Assembly: GCA_964654655.1 (NCBI GenBank)
Contig: CAZZLB010000001.1
Location: 1-47,052, forward strand
From: an uncultured Rhodoferax sp.
GTDB lineage: Bacteria; Pseudomonadota; Gammaproteobacteria; Burkholderiales; Burkholderiaceae_C
Length of the DNA stretch: 47,052 nucleotides
Direction: 5' to 3'
Of this stretch, positions 28,610 to 37,715 are shown one piece after another. The position numbers were made by a program, and so were the translations under genes. How positions within the stretch are numbered: position 1 is the stretch's first letter; each line of letters opens with the position of its first letter. Under the pieces are notes generated by a model. That model was given only the letters and a program-made list of their open reading frames with translations, did not search any database and was not told the DNA's origin.

Positions 28610-29733
28610 GCGACCTGACGCGCCGTGACCTGCTGAAATTCGGTTTAGGTGTGGGAACATCCATGTCGGCCATGAGTGCCGGGAACGACGATGCTGGCGC
28701 AGACAGCGTCTTCAGCGGACAGCTCGGAGGTTTCGTCATCGGAAAAGTCCAACAGCAGGACGCCACGTACTTTGATGCACTTGCCAACACGGGTGCCAGA
28801 TTGGGGCGCATTTTCTTGCCGTTTAGCAAATGCAGAGATTGCGACAAGTACGGTCTCGCCTATGAAGTTCGGGAATCGCTGAAACATATCATTGACCTGG
28901 CAGGCGCGCGCGGCCTGCAACTGGTCGTGGTCGGTGAGTTTCCCGGTTCAGATCGCCCGGATTTCTGGAGCAATCCAGCATTGCGTGAGAGTTTTGTCGA
29001 GAAATGGCAACTGTTTGCCAGAGCTTTTGGTAACAACCCGGCGATAGCGGGCCTGGACCTGTTGAACGAACCAAATCCGCCGTGGCCTGGTGGCAACCTG
29101 GCCGATGCACACGCACTTTGGCGACCTTTGGCTGAACAGGCGATTCATGCCATACGCGGAGAGAACGTACAGCTTCCCGTCATTTACGAAGGTGTTGCGG
29201 GTGGAGCCAGTCTTGGTCTTCGTGGCCTTGAGCCGTTACAGGACTCGCAGGTCCTCTACAGCATTCATTGCTACACACCGCATGAAATTACGCACCAACA
29301 TGTCAACTCAGCTTGGACTCGAACAATTCCCTACCCCGCAGGCCCTGAATGGGGACTCGGAAAATGGGATTCGGAAATAGGAGTGACTGCGTGGAATCGT
29401 CGGAGGATGGAGATTGACCTGCGAGACACCATTTCCTTTCAGCGCCGCTATCAAGTACCCATCTATGTAGGCGAATTTAGCTGCGTAAGATGGGCTCCCA
29501 ATCGATCACGCGAGCGCTACATTGCGGATTGTTTGGCCATATTCAAACGCTTTGGCTGGTCATGGACCTATCACGAGTTTCGCGGCTGGCCTGGCTGGGA
29601 TGCGGAGATAGATTCTGAAGATCGCGCGTTCACAACTCGTTCCATTGATGCGCCGGCAATGAGTCTGCTTCGCTCTGCATTGAATGAGGCGACAATTCGA
29701 ACTGGCAGACGTCCGATCATGACGATTTCATGA
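28606..29733 (+). CDS. Glycoside hydrolase family 5 with Tat signal
   Basis: TRRDLLK twin-arginine motif, DLLNEP (acid/base), YSIHCY, IYVGEF (nucleophile), WTYH. Confidence 0.88.
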   Translation: MSDLTRRDLLKFGLGVGTSMSAMSAGNDDAGADSVFSGQLGGFVIGKVQQQDATYFDALANTGARLGRIFLPFSKCRDCDKYGLAYEVRESLKHIIDLAGARGLQLVVVGEFPGSDRPDFWSNPALRESFVEKWQLFARAFGNNPAIAGLDLLNEPNPPWPGGNLADAHALWRPLAEQAIHAIRGENVQLPVIYEGVAGGASLGLRGLEPLQDSQVLYSIHCYTPHEITHQHVNSAWTRTIPYPAGPEWGLGKWDSEIGVTAWNRRRMEIDLRDTISFQRRYQVPIYVGEFSCVRWAPNRSRERYIADCLAIFKRFGWSWTYHEFRGWPGWDAEIDSEDRAFTTRSIDAPAMSLLRSALNEATIRTGRRPIMTIS

Positions 29734-29798
29734 AGATCAGTACATATGCAATAGCCGATGCGGTAACACTTGCATGGCAAATGTGACGAGGGAGTGAT

Positions 29799-31088
29799 GT
29801 GAACAAGACGAGATCACGACGACGCGTGTTGCTGTCGTGCTTTGCCTGCTCCCCGGTCTGGGGTTCAGAGCCCGGCGTAGGCTGGCGTTGGCTATTGGAA
29901 TTGTGCAAGCGGCACGATGTTGTCCTGGTTACGCATGCCTTTTTCAGGGAACAGCTTGAACCCGCTCTCGCAGTTCATCCGGTGGCGGATTTGGAAATCC
30001 ACTACTTTGGTGCACCGGCGTTTGGCGTACACCCTCACAGGCAACTCAACTCCCGGCTCTATTACGTCTGGTGGCAATGGCGTCTAAAAACATTCGTTCG
30101 ACAGTTGTTGAGGGAAAATTCGTATGACCTGATTCATCATCTGACATGGGGTACGTTTCGTTTCCCCACGTTTCTGGGGAGAATGGGTGTTCCGTTAGTG
30201 ATGGGACCACTGGGTGGCGGTGAAGTCGCACCCATGCGGTTTTTCGAAAAGCTACCTTTCCAGACCCGTGCATTCGAGTGGTTGCGCTACATGTCTTTGC
30301 AGTTTGTAAAGTTCGATCCTCTGGCAACTTGGGGGCCCCGAGCTTCGACATTAATACTCTGCAAGACGGAAGACACTGTGCAGGCCTTGCCAGCGTCCAT
30401 CCGAATCCGGGCGGTTGTTGCACCAGAGATTGGCTCACCAGTCATCGACATTCGCAATCGGCAAGAAAGGTCACCAGCTTCTGGTCCTTTTCGCCTTCTT
30501 TTTGCCGGACGCTTGTTGGGATGGAAGGGTATCACACTAGTGATGCAGTCCATGAAATACCTCATTGAAGCAGGTTATGACGTCACTCTGGACATTGCAG
30601 GGGACGGTCCTATGATCAAGTACGTCCAGAGTGAAATTGGGAGGCTTGCACTGTCCGAGCGAGTGCGCGTACTGGGAATGATTCCCAGGCAGGAACTGCT
30701 TGCTCTTTATGGCCAGGCTGACCTGTTTGTCTTTCCCAGCCTTCATGATTCGAGTGGCAATGTAGTGCTGGAATCACTGTCCCGCGGACTGCCGGTGATT
30801 TGTCTGGATCTGGGTGGTCCAAAGTATTACGTTACGCCTGAATGTGGTGTCGTGGTATCGACCAAAGGTCAATCACGAAACCAGGTAGAGCAGGGTCTGG
30901 CAACGGCAATCGCCGGGGTGATCGACGATCCGGGAAAACTGCGCAGCATGTCGAATGAAGCTTTACGACAAGCGACGATTCAGACCTGGGCCGCCAGGGT
31001 GACCGGCGCCTATGAATTGATCGAGCAGAAACTGAACTGGGTGACCAGTCAGGAACTGACTTGTCAAACCGAGCGGATGCCGTCTTGA
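29799..31088 (+). CDS. Glycosyltransferase family 4
   Basis: ACSPVWGSEPGVGW, FAGRLLGWKG, FVFPSLHDSSGNVVLESLSRGLPV. Confidence 0.9.
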   Translation: MNKTRSRRRVLLSCFACSPVWGSEPGVGWRWLLELCKRHDVVLVTHAFFREQLEPALAVHPVADLEIHYFGAPAFGVHPHRQLNSRLYYVWWQWRLKTFVRQLLRENSYDLIHHLTWGTFRFPTFLGRMGVPLVMGPLGGGEVAPMRFFEKLPFQTRAFEWLRYMSLQFVKFDPLATWGPRASTLILCKTEDTVQALPASIRIRAVVAPEIGSPVIDIRNRQERSPASGPFRLLFAGRLLGWKGITLVMQSMKYLIEAGYDVTLDIAGDGPMIKYVQSEIGRLALSERVRVLGMIPRQELLALYGQADLFVFPSLHDSSGNVVLESLSRGLPVICLDLGGPKYYVTPECGVVVSTKGQSRNQVEQGLATAIAGVIDDPGKLRSMSNEALRQATIQTWAARVTGAYELIEQKLNWVTSQELTCQTERMPS

Positions 31089-32206
31089 AAACCCTGCGCA
31101 TCCTCGGCACTCGCGGAATACCGGCCGCCCACGGCGGCTTTGAGACTTTTGCCGAGCATCTGTCGATCCATTTGGTGGCCAAAGGCTGGCGCGTCATAGT
31201 GTATTGTCAGAACGAAGGTACTGGTCCACTGTTTACCGACGCCTGGGAAGGCATCGAGCGGGTACACATTCCGGTGTGGCAGTCTGGTCCCAAGGGCACG
31301 ATATTGTTCGACTGGCATGCTACTGTGCACGCGGCCCAGCACAGGGACTTGTGTTTGACGTTGGGCTACAACACAGCGGTCTTTTGTGCCATGCTGCGCC
31401 TGAAGGGTGTCCCCAACCTGATCAACATGGATGGCATTGAGTGGTCTCGCGCAAAGTGGAGTCCGCTGGCCAAGGCCTGGTTCTGGCTGAACGAATGGGC
31501 AGGCGCCTGGCTGGGTAACCATCTTGTCGCCGATCACCCGCAAATCCTGGAACATTTGCGGTCGCGCAAGGCCGGCAGAAAGTGCACCATGATTCCCTAC
31601 GGGGCCGATGCGGTGAGCGCTGCGTCAGTGAAACCGGTTGAGTCACTTGGCATGGGTCTGGAACCTGGCCGCTATTGGACTGTCATTGCAAGGGCGGAAC
31701 CAGAAAACTCTTTGCTTGAAATTGTTCAGGGTTTTTCTGCGGCGCCACGTGGCATGCGCTTGGTGGTGCTGGGCAATTATGAGCCGCACAATATGTACCA
31801 CCGTGCAGTGAAGGCAAGCGCCAGCGACGAGGTATGTTTTGTCGGCGCAATTTATGACAGGACCAAGGTGCAGTCGCTACGTGTGCACAGTGCTGGCTAC
31901 GTGCACGGTCATCAGGTTGGTGGAACGAACCCCTCGCTGGTGGAGGCTATGGGTGCTGGCAATGCCATCGTCGCGCACGACAACCGATTCAACCGCTGGG
32001 TAGCGGGTGAAGGGGCGATGTACTTCACCAGCGCCGACAGTTTCTCTGACTGCATGAATCGACTGATCACCAACCCTGGAAAACTGGAAGAATTTCGGCA
32101 ACAGGGGCTGGTCCGCTTCCAGGAGCACTTTACCTGGCCAAATGTACTTGATCAGTATGAAGTGCTGCTGACGAAGTACTTGCCAAGCCACCAACGGACC
32201 CGCTGA
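31061..32206 (+). CDS. Glycosyltransferase family 4 with DUF1972-type N-terminus (rhamnosyltransferase-like)
   Basis: ILGTRGIPAAHGGFETFAE, INMDGIEWSRAKW, ARAEPEN, HGHQVGGTNPSLVEAM. The true start may be TTG 31085. Confidence 0.9.
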   Translation: MSNRADAVLKTLRILGTRGIPAAHGGFETFAEHLSIHLVAKGWRVIVYCQNEGTGPLFTDAWEGIERVHIPVWQSGPKGTILFDWHATVHAAQHRDLCLTLGYNTAVFCAMLRLKGVPNLINMDGIEWSRAKWSPLAKAWFWLNEWAGAWLGNHLVADHPQILEHLRSRKAGRKCTMIPYGADAVSAASVKPVESLGMGLEPGRYWTVIARAEPENSLLEIVQGFSAAPRGMRLVVLGNYEPHNMYHRAVKASASDEVCFVGAIYDRTKVQSLRVHSAGYVHGHQVGGTNPSLVEAMGAGNAIVAHDNRFNRWVAGEGAMYFTSADSFSDCMNRLITNPGKLEEFRQQGLVRFQEHFTWPNVLDQYEVLLTKYLPSHQRTR

Positions 32207-32215
32207 CGACAGTAG

Positions 32216-33622
32216 TCAGTCTTGAGGATAGCTGCAGACTTTGATATCTGCGACAGCAAATGCGTTGGTGGTGCCAGGATAGAGTCTGATCCTGGTGACA
32301 CCCTTGCCATTCAAACCCAGAGGGATCTTGAATGGGTGGTCCAGTTCATCGCCGGCTACATCCACGCTGAACTTGCGCACCGCACCACCGACCTCCAAGG
32401 CTTCAATTGCCACTTGCCTGGAACCATTGACCGTCATGCGCGCTGAAAGATAAGCGTGGTCGTCAGTCGGCTTGTCGAAATGGATATCAGCAAAATCGGC
32501 TTCCTGTGTGGGGCCGACGGGCTTCACCCCCTGGCTCTTGGGCAGGCCTGCCGCGTCAAACTTCGCGCTGATCGGCGATGGCTGACAGGTGCTCTGCACC
32601 AGAGCCCCTACCTGAAGCAACCATTCGCTGTCATCGATGCGGTAACGTTCGGCACGAAACGGGTAGCTCGGCCTGAAGCCTACGACCCGCTCCGGCATCT
32701 CCCAAATGATGAGCTTGGGTCGATGAGCCTGAAAAGCATCATCACGCAAGTAAGCACGCATCACTGCCCACGGTCCGGCGTCCCCTTCGACGGAAAAGTT
32801 GATCAGGTCACGCTGCAACGTGTAACGCAATGCGTCAGAAAAACCGGACCAGTTGCCTGAAAAGCTGCTGCCAGCCAACGCCAGGTCCGTCCCCGGTGAT
32901 CCATTTCCAAACAAGCCAGGCTGAATCTCGCTTTCCTTGCTCACCTTGAATCGCAGGATTTCTTCAGCGGCATACATGGGCGTACCTGGAGGCAGGAGAA
33001 GCGTGATGTCACGCGGCTTGACTTGCCTCTGCGCTTTGCTGGCCCAGGCGAGCTTGTATTTTTGCACCGGCACAGCGTCAAGCGCCTTCTTCAGGATCGG
33101 ACTTGCCGCGATGCCGGCCTGTATTGCCTGTGCAGCCGCCATCGCCCCGCTGGGCGTCCAGTGCGTGTCCAGGCGAAAAAACAAGGGGGAGCTGGTGTTT
33201 TCAAGAGCCGCCTTGCGCAACGGCGCTTTGAGATCGATGACTTGAACGTTCTCTGCGCGCAGCGCGCCCAGTACTGCGTCATTGAATCCTTTCATGTAGG
33301 CACTCAACTTGAAGTCATCAGGCAACTGTTCAACATAGGTCTCCATTTTGGAGGGCACCAAAACCACCGCAAGGGTGATCGCTTGGCGTGCCAACATACG
33401 ATTGAACTGTGAAATCAAGCTGAGTGTTTTCTGGACATCCTTGTCCAACACTTCGAGAACAATTTCGTGCCGAACAAAAAGCCAGTCGTTCTTGCCAACA
33501 ATCGAGTAATTCTCGGCAGCAAACGCGAAACCTGGATGAAAAACGCCAAGAAGTGCGGAAACAAGCACGCCATTAATCAGGCGAGACTTAGGAATCCGCC
33601 ATAGTAGTGGACGCAGAGTCAT
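32216..33622 (-). CDS. AlgX-like O-acetyltransferase with C-terminal beta (CBM-like) domain, copy 2
   Basis: GKNDWLF, LVPSK, FFRLDTHW, GSSFS, LIIWEMPER, plus an extra C-terminal domain flanked by Cys. Confidence 0.85.
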   Translation of the reverse strand: MTLRPLLWRIPKSRLINGVLVSALLGVFHPGFAFAAENYSIVGKNDWLFVRHEIVLEVLDKDVQKTLSLISQFNRMLARQAITLAVVLVPSKMETYVEQLPDDFKLSAYMKGFNDAVLGALRAENVQVIDLKAPLRKAALENTSSPLFFRLDTHWTPSGAMAAAQAIQAGIAASPILKKALDAVPVQKYKLAWASKAQRQVKPRDITLLLPPGTPMYAAEEILRFKVSKESEIQPGLFGNGSPGTDLALAGSSFSGNWSGFSDALRYTLQRDLINFSVEGDAGPWAVMRAYLRDDAFQAHRPKLIIWEMPERVVGFRPSYPFRAERYRIDDSEWLLQVGALVQSTCQPSPISAKFDAAGLPKSQGVKPVGPTQEADFADIHFDKPTDDHAYLSARMTVNGSRQVAIEALEVGGAVRKFSVDVAGDELDHPFKIPLGLNGKGVTRIRLYPGTTNAFAVADIKVCSYPQD

Positions 33623-33634
33623 AGGAACACTTTT

Positions 33635-35035
33635 CTATCTGAGAATATCGTCCGGCAGGCGGCACAGTTGCACACCTTGCACCGTAAAGCCACTGCTCTT
33701 TCCTGGGTAAAAACGCACTTTGCTGTAACCATTACCGCTTGACGGCAAGGGTGTCTTGAGAACATGCGCCGCATCGTCGCCAGGCACATTGAGGTTGAAG
33801 CGTCGCGTCGTCGCACCAGTCCCAGAGGCTTCCAGAACCACACTCTTGGAGCCGACCGTGGTTACACGGGCCGCCAGATAATCCAGCTTTTCTATCGGTT
33901 TATCGAAGCTGATTTCGATGAAATCGTTTTCGCTCGTGGCCCCGGTCGAAAAGTCGGCGCCTTTAAGGTTGGCAGCGTTGGCTGCCATCCCGGTCGCACT
34001 GAATCTGGTTGTCACGCCGGACGGCTTGCAGCTACTCTGAACCAGTGCCGAAACACGAAGCAACCATTCTGTGTTGTTACTGATGTAGCGAGCATCACGA
34101 TACTTGTAATCCGGTGGTGCACGCATATCGCGCTCCGGCATCTCCCAGATCATCAGTTTGGGCGGTTGCGTCTGGAATGCATCGTCACGCAGATAGGTCT
34201 CCAAGCCAACCCAGGACCCCTGGTCAGCCCCCACAGAAACGCTCAGCAGGTCCCGTTGCAGTGTGTAACGCAGAGCTTCCGGAAACCCGGTCCAGGCGCT
34301 GGAGTAGCTGCTTCCCATCAAGGTGATCGCGAGCGCAGGCCGATTGCCAAGCAGATCTTCCTTGGAAGCCTGAGCTTTGCTGACCTTGAAGGGTGTCACC
34401 TGCTCAAACGCCAGGATGGGCGAGTTGGGCGGCAACTGCTCAGTCAGGTCTCTGGCTTTCGAGTTCTGCCGTCGTGCATTTACCAATTCATACTTTTCTT
34501 CGGGTATCGTCCCGAGCAGGGCTTTCAGGCCTGGAGTCGCATCGATGCTGGCTTTTACCGCCTCCGCAGCCACCAGGGCACCGGCGGGCGCCCAGTGGGT
34601 GTCGAGTCGATAGAAAAGGGGGCTCGGGCTGTTCCGCTTGGGACTGTTCAGGAACGCGGAATTGAGATCAACAATGTCGACTCGCCCGGCCTGCAATGCC
34701 TTGCCAATGCGCTCGTAGTTGCCCTTCAGGTAATCGTTTACCTTGATGTCGTCCGGCAGATATTCCGAATAAATCCGCATCTTCAGAGGGACCATTGCGA
34801 CGGTCATGCTGATTCCATTGGCCGACAGGACTTTGTTAAAGCGCTGAATCAGGTCAACCGACACATCAACCATTGCCGAATCCGCAGCGCTGGAAATTTC
34901 ATGGCGGTAAAAAAGCCAGTCGCTCTTGCCAATCACCCCCGGCGGGGATTCGGCCGCATGGACCGATGTCAAGCCAATACCGTTGACCCAAATCAGCGCA
35001 AGGAGTACCTTGATCGCAGCACTTGTATTCATCAT
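33635..35035 (-). CDS. AlgX-like O-acetyltransferase with C-terminal beta (CBM-like) domain, copy 1
   Basis: Signal peptide, GKSDWLF, MVPLK, FYRLDTHW, GSSYS, LMIWEMPER. Tandem paralog of 32216-33622. Confidence 0.85.
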   Translation of the reverse strand: MMNTSAAIKVLLALIWVNGIGLTSVHAAESPPGVIGKSDWLFYRHEISSAADSAMVDVSVDLIQRFNKVLSANGISMTVAMVPLKMRIYSEYLPDDIKVNDYLKGNYERIGKALQAGRVDIVDLNSAFLNSPKRNSPSPLFYRLDTHWAPAGALVAAEAVKASIDATPGLKALLGTIPEEKYELVNARRQNSKARDLTEQLPPNSPILAFEQVTPFKVSKAQASKEDLLGNRPALAITLMGSSYSSAWTGFPEALRYTLQRDLLSVSVGADQGSWVGLETYLRDDAFQTQPPKLMIWEMPERDMRAPPDYKYRDARYISNNTEWLLRVSALVQSSCKPSGVTTRFSATGMAANAANLKGADFSTGATSENDFIEISFDKPIEKLDYLAARVTTVGSKSVVLEASGTGATTRRFNLNVPGDDAAHVLKTPLPSSGNGYSKVRFYPGKSSGFTVQGVQLCRLPDDILR

Positions 35036-35068
35036 TCATTTTCTCCCCTGGAAAGCAAAGACTGTCGG

Positions 35069-35776
35069 CTATTTTCCTGTATAGCGCTCGATTTTATTTT
35101 GGATGGCGCGCACCGCGAGTCTGTTATTCGGGCCTGGCAGCAACAACACACTATACGTTCCGCCCTGCGCCATGCTCAGCACCGCCCTGGACTGCGACAC
35201 CTTGTCGCCAATTCTGACCGCCATCAGTTCGACCTCGATCGGGTTGACCGAAATGGCCTTGGACGCAGCATAGGTGATACCCGAAAACACGGTGGTCTTG
35301 CCATCGGCTGTCAGGACATCGAGCGTTCCGGCAGTGTCATCGAGGTGATAGACCGACAGCAGAGCCTTGAGTTTGTTGGAGTTGGCCTTGTCCTCGAAAA
35401 CGATGGGGACTGCACTGGCGTTCAGGGCAGTGAATGCAACCGTCATGGCGCGCCCGCGTACCACGTCCAGAGCGAGAGCAGCCTGTGCAGTTGATTTGCC
35501 TGGCGAGTGCAGCGCAATATTGTGCTGGCCGGCCGTCAGCACCATGTAATCGCTGGCCTGCCCAGCACCCAGGTTTTTCACTCGCGACTTCCCGTCCACC
35601 AGAACGTCGACGGCGCCCAAGCGACCAGCCAGCAGCACGCGAACATAAGCAGAGTCAGTCGGAGGTTCGGGGTCGTAGAGCAATCCCGTTGGTTGGGCCT
35701 GCGACCGTCCGCTCAGCAAGAACAGCATTGTCGCCAGCCCCAGAACAACATGTTTGACGAGCAATCGTGATTGCAT
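35069..35776 (-). CDS. algF: AlgF/WssG-type acetylation accessory protein
   Basis: Signal peptide, then LYDPEPPTDSAYVRV, ASDYM and KALLSVYHL..TADGKT, an AlgF-like two-domain pattern. Confidence 0.85.
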   Translation of the reverse strand: MQSRLLVKHVVLGLATMLFLLSGRSQAQPTGLLYDPEPPTDSAYVRVLLAGRLGAVDVLVDGKSRVKNLGAGQASDYMVLTAGQHNIALHSPGKSTAQAALALDVVRGRAMTVAFTALNASAVPIVFEDKANSNKLKALLSVYHLDDTAGTLDVLTADGKTTVFSGITYAASKAISVNPIEVELMAVRIGDKVSQSRAVLSMAQGGTYSVLLLPGPNNRLAVRAIQNKIERYTGK

Positions 35777-35826
35777 TTGAATCTTTCAACTTCAGTCAGG
35801 TGGAAGGCCGGAATGATAAACGCAGA

Positions 35827-37674
35827 TCACCGACTGGCGCTTGCTGCAGGGCGGTCGAAGTACACGGCCCATTGGTATTCCCCTGGGGCAAGACCCTCAA
35901 GCACGACGGCACTGCGCCAGCGATCCACGCTGGCCACTTTGGGTACTTTGGCAGTACCGCCCGTTGACACCAGGCGCATCGAGCTGCCCGACTCCGGTAG
36001 GTTGACCCACACCGCTGCGGCTTGTCCAAGCGGTGTTGTTCCTTTGACAGCAAGCTTGAGCTGGAGCCCCGAAACAGCTGACTCCAGGCGCACGCTGACA
36101 CGCTCTCGCGTGCGCCACCACTCTGCCACCTGAGTGGCCGTGGCCAGCCACATGTGGTTACGACGCCCCTTGAGGTAATCGAAGATCTCAGTCAACTGCT
36201 CTTTGGTGAGCAAACTCTGACCGGGGATCGTAACGATCGACATTGCGCCCATCCTGTCAATCAACTCGATTTCGGCCAAAAAGGTCTTCATGCCCTCTTC
36301 AGGCTCTGTGTCCATCAGATCTTCAGGGGCGCTTTGCGTGCGCGGCAACACCACCAGCGGCTTTGCAACGCTCCCATCAACTTGCGACAGGTAGGGCAAA
36401 CGTGCCTCGGTCGCCCCCATGAATGTCAGGTGGTGACCGAGGCTGCGTTCCTGCAGCAGCTTCTCGGTGGTCCGGTCATAAGAATCCATCGGAGAGCGAA
36501 AGCCAGCGTTGCCGGGAAGGCTGAATCCCGCGTCCTTCATTTCACTGACCATGGTGCTCAAACGCTTGCCTTGTACCGCCGAAGACTGGTCCTTGAAACC
36601 ATCAAAGCGATCACCGTGGTAGGCAACTTCATGCCCCCGGGCCTGCACCTGCTGAAGTATTTTTGCCGATTTCGCAGCATTTTCACTCAGCATGTAATAG
36701 GTGGCCCGACCGCCTGTCTCTTCCATCATCCTGGCGAAAATGAGATCAGCATCCATCATGATGTCGATCGCTGCCACGGCGACCACCAAAGCGCTGCCAT
36801 AGGGGTGTGGCCAGTTCGGCACAAAGGCATCCGGCTGGCGCAACAGCCACATCAGGGCGTTGTGTGCGATCGCCTCCAATGCCTTGGGATCTGCAGAGCG
36901 CCATATGCGTTCGGGATAGCCCAGGACAACCGACCGCGAAAGTCGGCCTGACGGCTGACTGCGCTCGTCGAAAACAATCGTGCTGCTGACCTTCCCCGCA
37001 GTGACGGTACGTGACCAATCCATCAGATCTGCAGCCGCCTGCCGGCCAATCAGGCGCAGTGGATACCAGTCCTTCGGATGTTCCATCCAGACGCGCAGAC
37101 CCGCGGGCAAGTCATGCAGCACCGGAGTATCGCCGTGCACTATCAGGAAAGTGTCATCCTTGGCAGCCTCATTGCTTCCAACAACCTTGGCATCCAGTGC
37201 GCTCTCCATGAAGCCATAGCCGCGCCACTCACCGGACTCGCTTCGCACGCCGGCCATCCAGGTCGCCAGAACGCCGCCGCCCTTGCCACGAAACTCGCGC
37301 ACAGCACGCATTTCACGTTCGGTCAGCGCCACAGTGGAAGGAAGCAAGAGTACACCCGGCTGCGATACCTCGAGTTGCTCAACCGCAGACACCAGTTGAA
37401 ATGGGATTCTGTATTTGCGCAGAAACACCTCCCAGGTGCGCACCGATTCGTTGGCATCGATTCCGCTGGCCGCCTGTCGAGCCCGCGTCGTAGGCGACGC
37501 GTAGAGCAATACTCTTTGGACCATTGGAATGGGGGGCGCCAGGGACCCAGTCGCAGCGGTGGACAGCGCGTCGGCCGCAAGGCAGCCGACTGGGTGGCAC
37601 CAGACCGCGGCGAAAGTCAGAAAATAGACTATCGCCCAACCCGGCAGTTTCAGCGTCTTATGCCAGCACTGCAT
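35827..37674 (-). CDS. Polysaccharide deacetylase (CE4/NodB)-like protein with N-terminal GATase-like domain, paralog A
   Basis: VLLLPSTVAL..FRGKGGGVLATW N-domain, then RATYY, GHEVAYHGD, GFRSP, VVLPRTQ, WLAT..QVAEWW. Start at ATG 37674 with a GGGGAGAG RBS. Confidence 0.8.
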   Translation of the reverse strand: MQCWHKTLKLPGWAIVYFLTFAAVWCHPVGCLAADALSTAATGSLAPPIPMVQRVLLYASPTTRARQAASGIDANESVRTWEVFLRKYRIPFQLVSAVEQLEVSQPGVLLLPSTVALTEREMRAVREFRGKGGGVLATWMAGVRSESGEWRGYGFMESALDAKVVGSNEAAKDDTFLIVHGDTPVLHDLPAGLRVWMEHPKDWYPLRLIGRQAAADLMDWSRTVTAGKVSSTIVFDERSQPSGRLSRSVVLGYPERIWRSADPKALEAIAHNALMWLLRQPDAFVPNWPHPYGSALVVAVAAIDIMMDADLIFARMMEETGGRATYYMLSENAAKSAKILQQVQARGHEVAYHGDRFDGFKDQSSAVQGKRLSTMVSEMKDAGFSLPGNAGFRSPMDSYDRTTEKLLQERSLGHHLTFMGATEARLPYLSQVDGSVAKPLVVLPRTQSAPEDLMDTEPEEGMKTFLAEIELIDRMGAMSIVTIPGQSLLTKEQLTEIFDYLKGRRNHMWLATATQVAEWWRTRERVSVRLESAVSGLQLKLAVKGTTPLGQAAAVWVNLPESGSSMRLVSTGGTAKVPKVASVDRWRSAVVLEGLAPGEYQWAVYFDRPAASASR

Positions 37675-37715
37675 GCTCTCTCCCCTTGTCAGGTCAAATC
37701 GATTATGATGAAAAA

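Noticed and set aside
29734-29798. Imperfect dyad CACTTGCATGGCAAATGTG upstream of a GT4
   Set aside because: Too imperfect to distinguish from chance.
14669-32206. PEP-CTERM substrate genes and sigma-54 promoters expected with exosortase systems
   Set aside because: No C-terminal VPEP-TM-basic motif and no convincing TGGCAC-N5-TTGC site was found in the intergenic gaps examined.
33764-35494. 576-aa plus-strand ORF
   Set aside because: Antisense shadow of the algX-like and algF genes, with no recognisable motifs and atypical composition.
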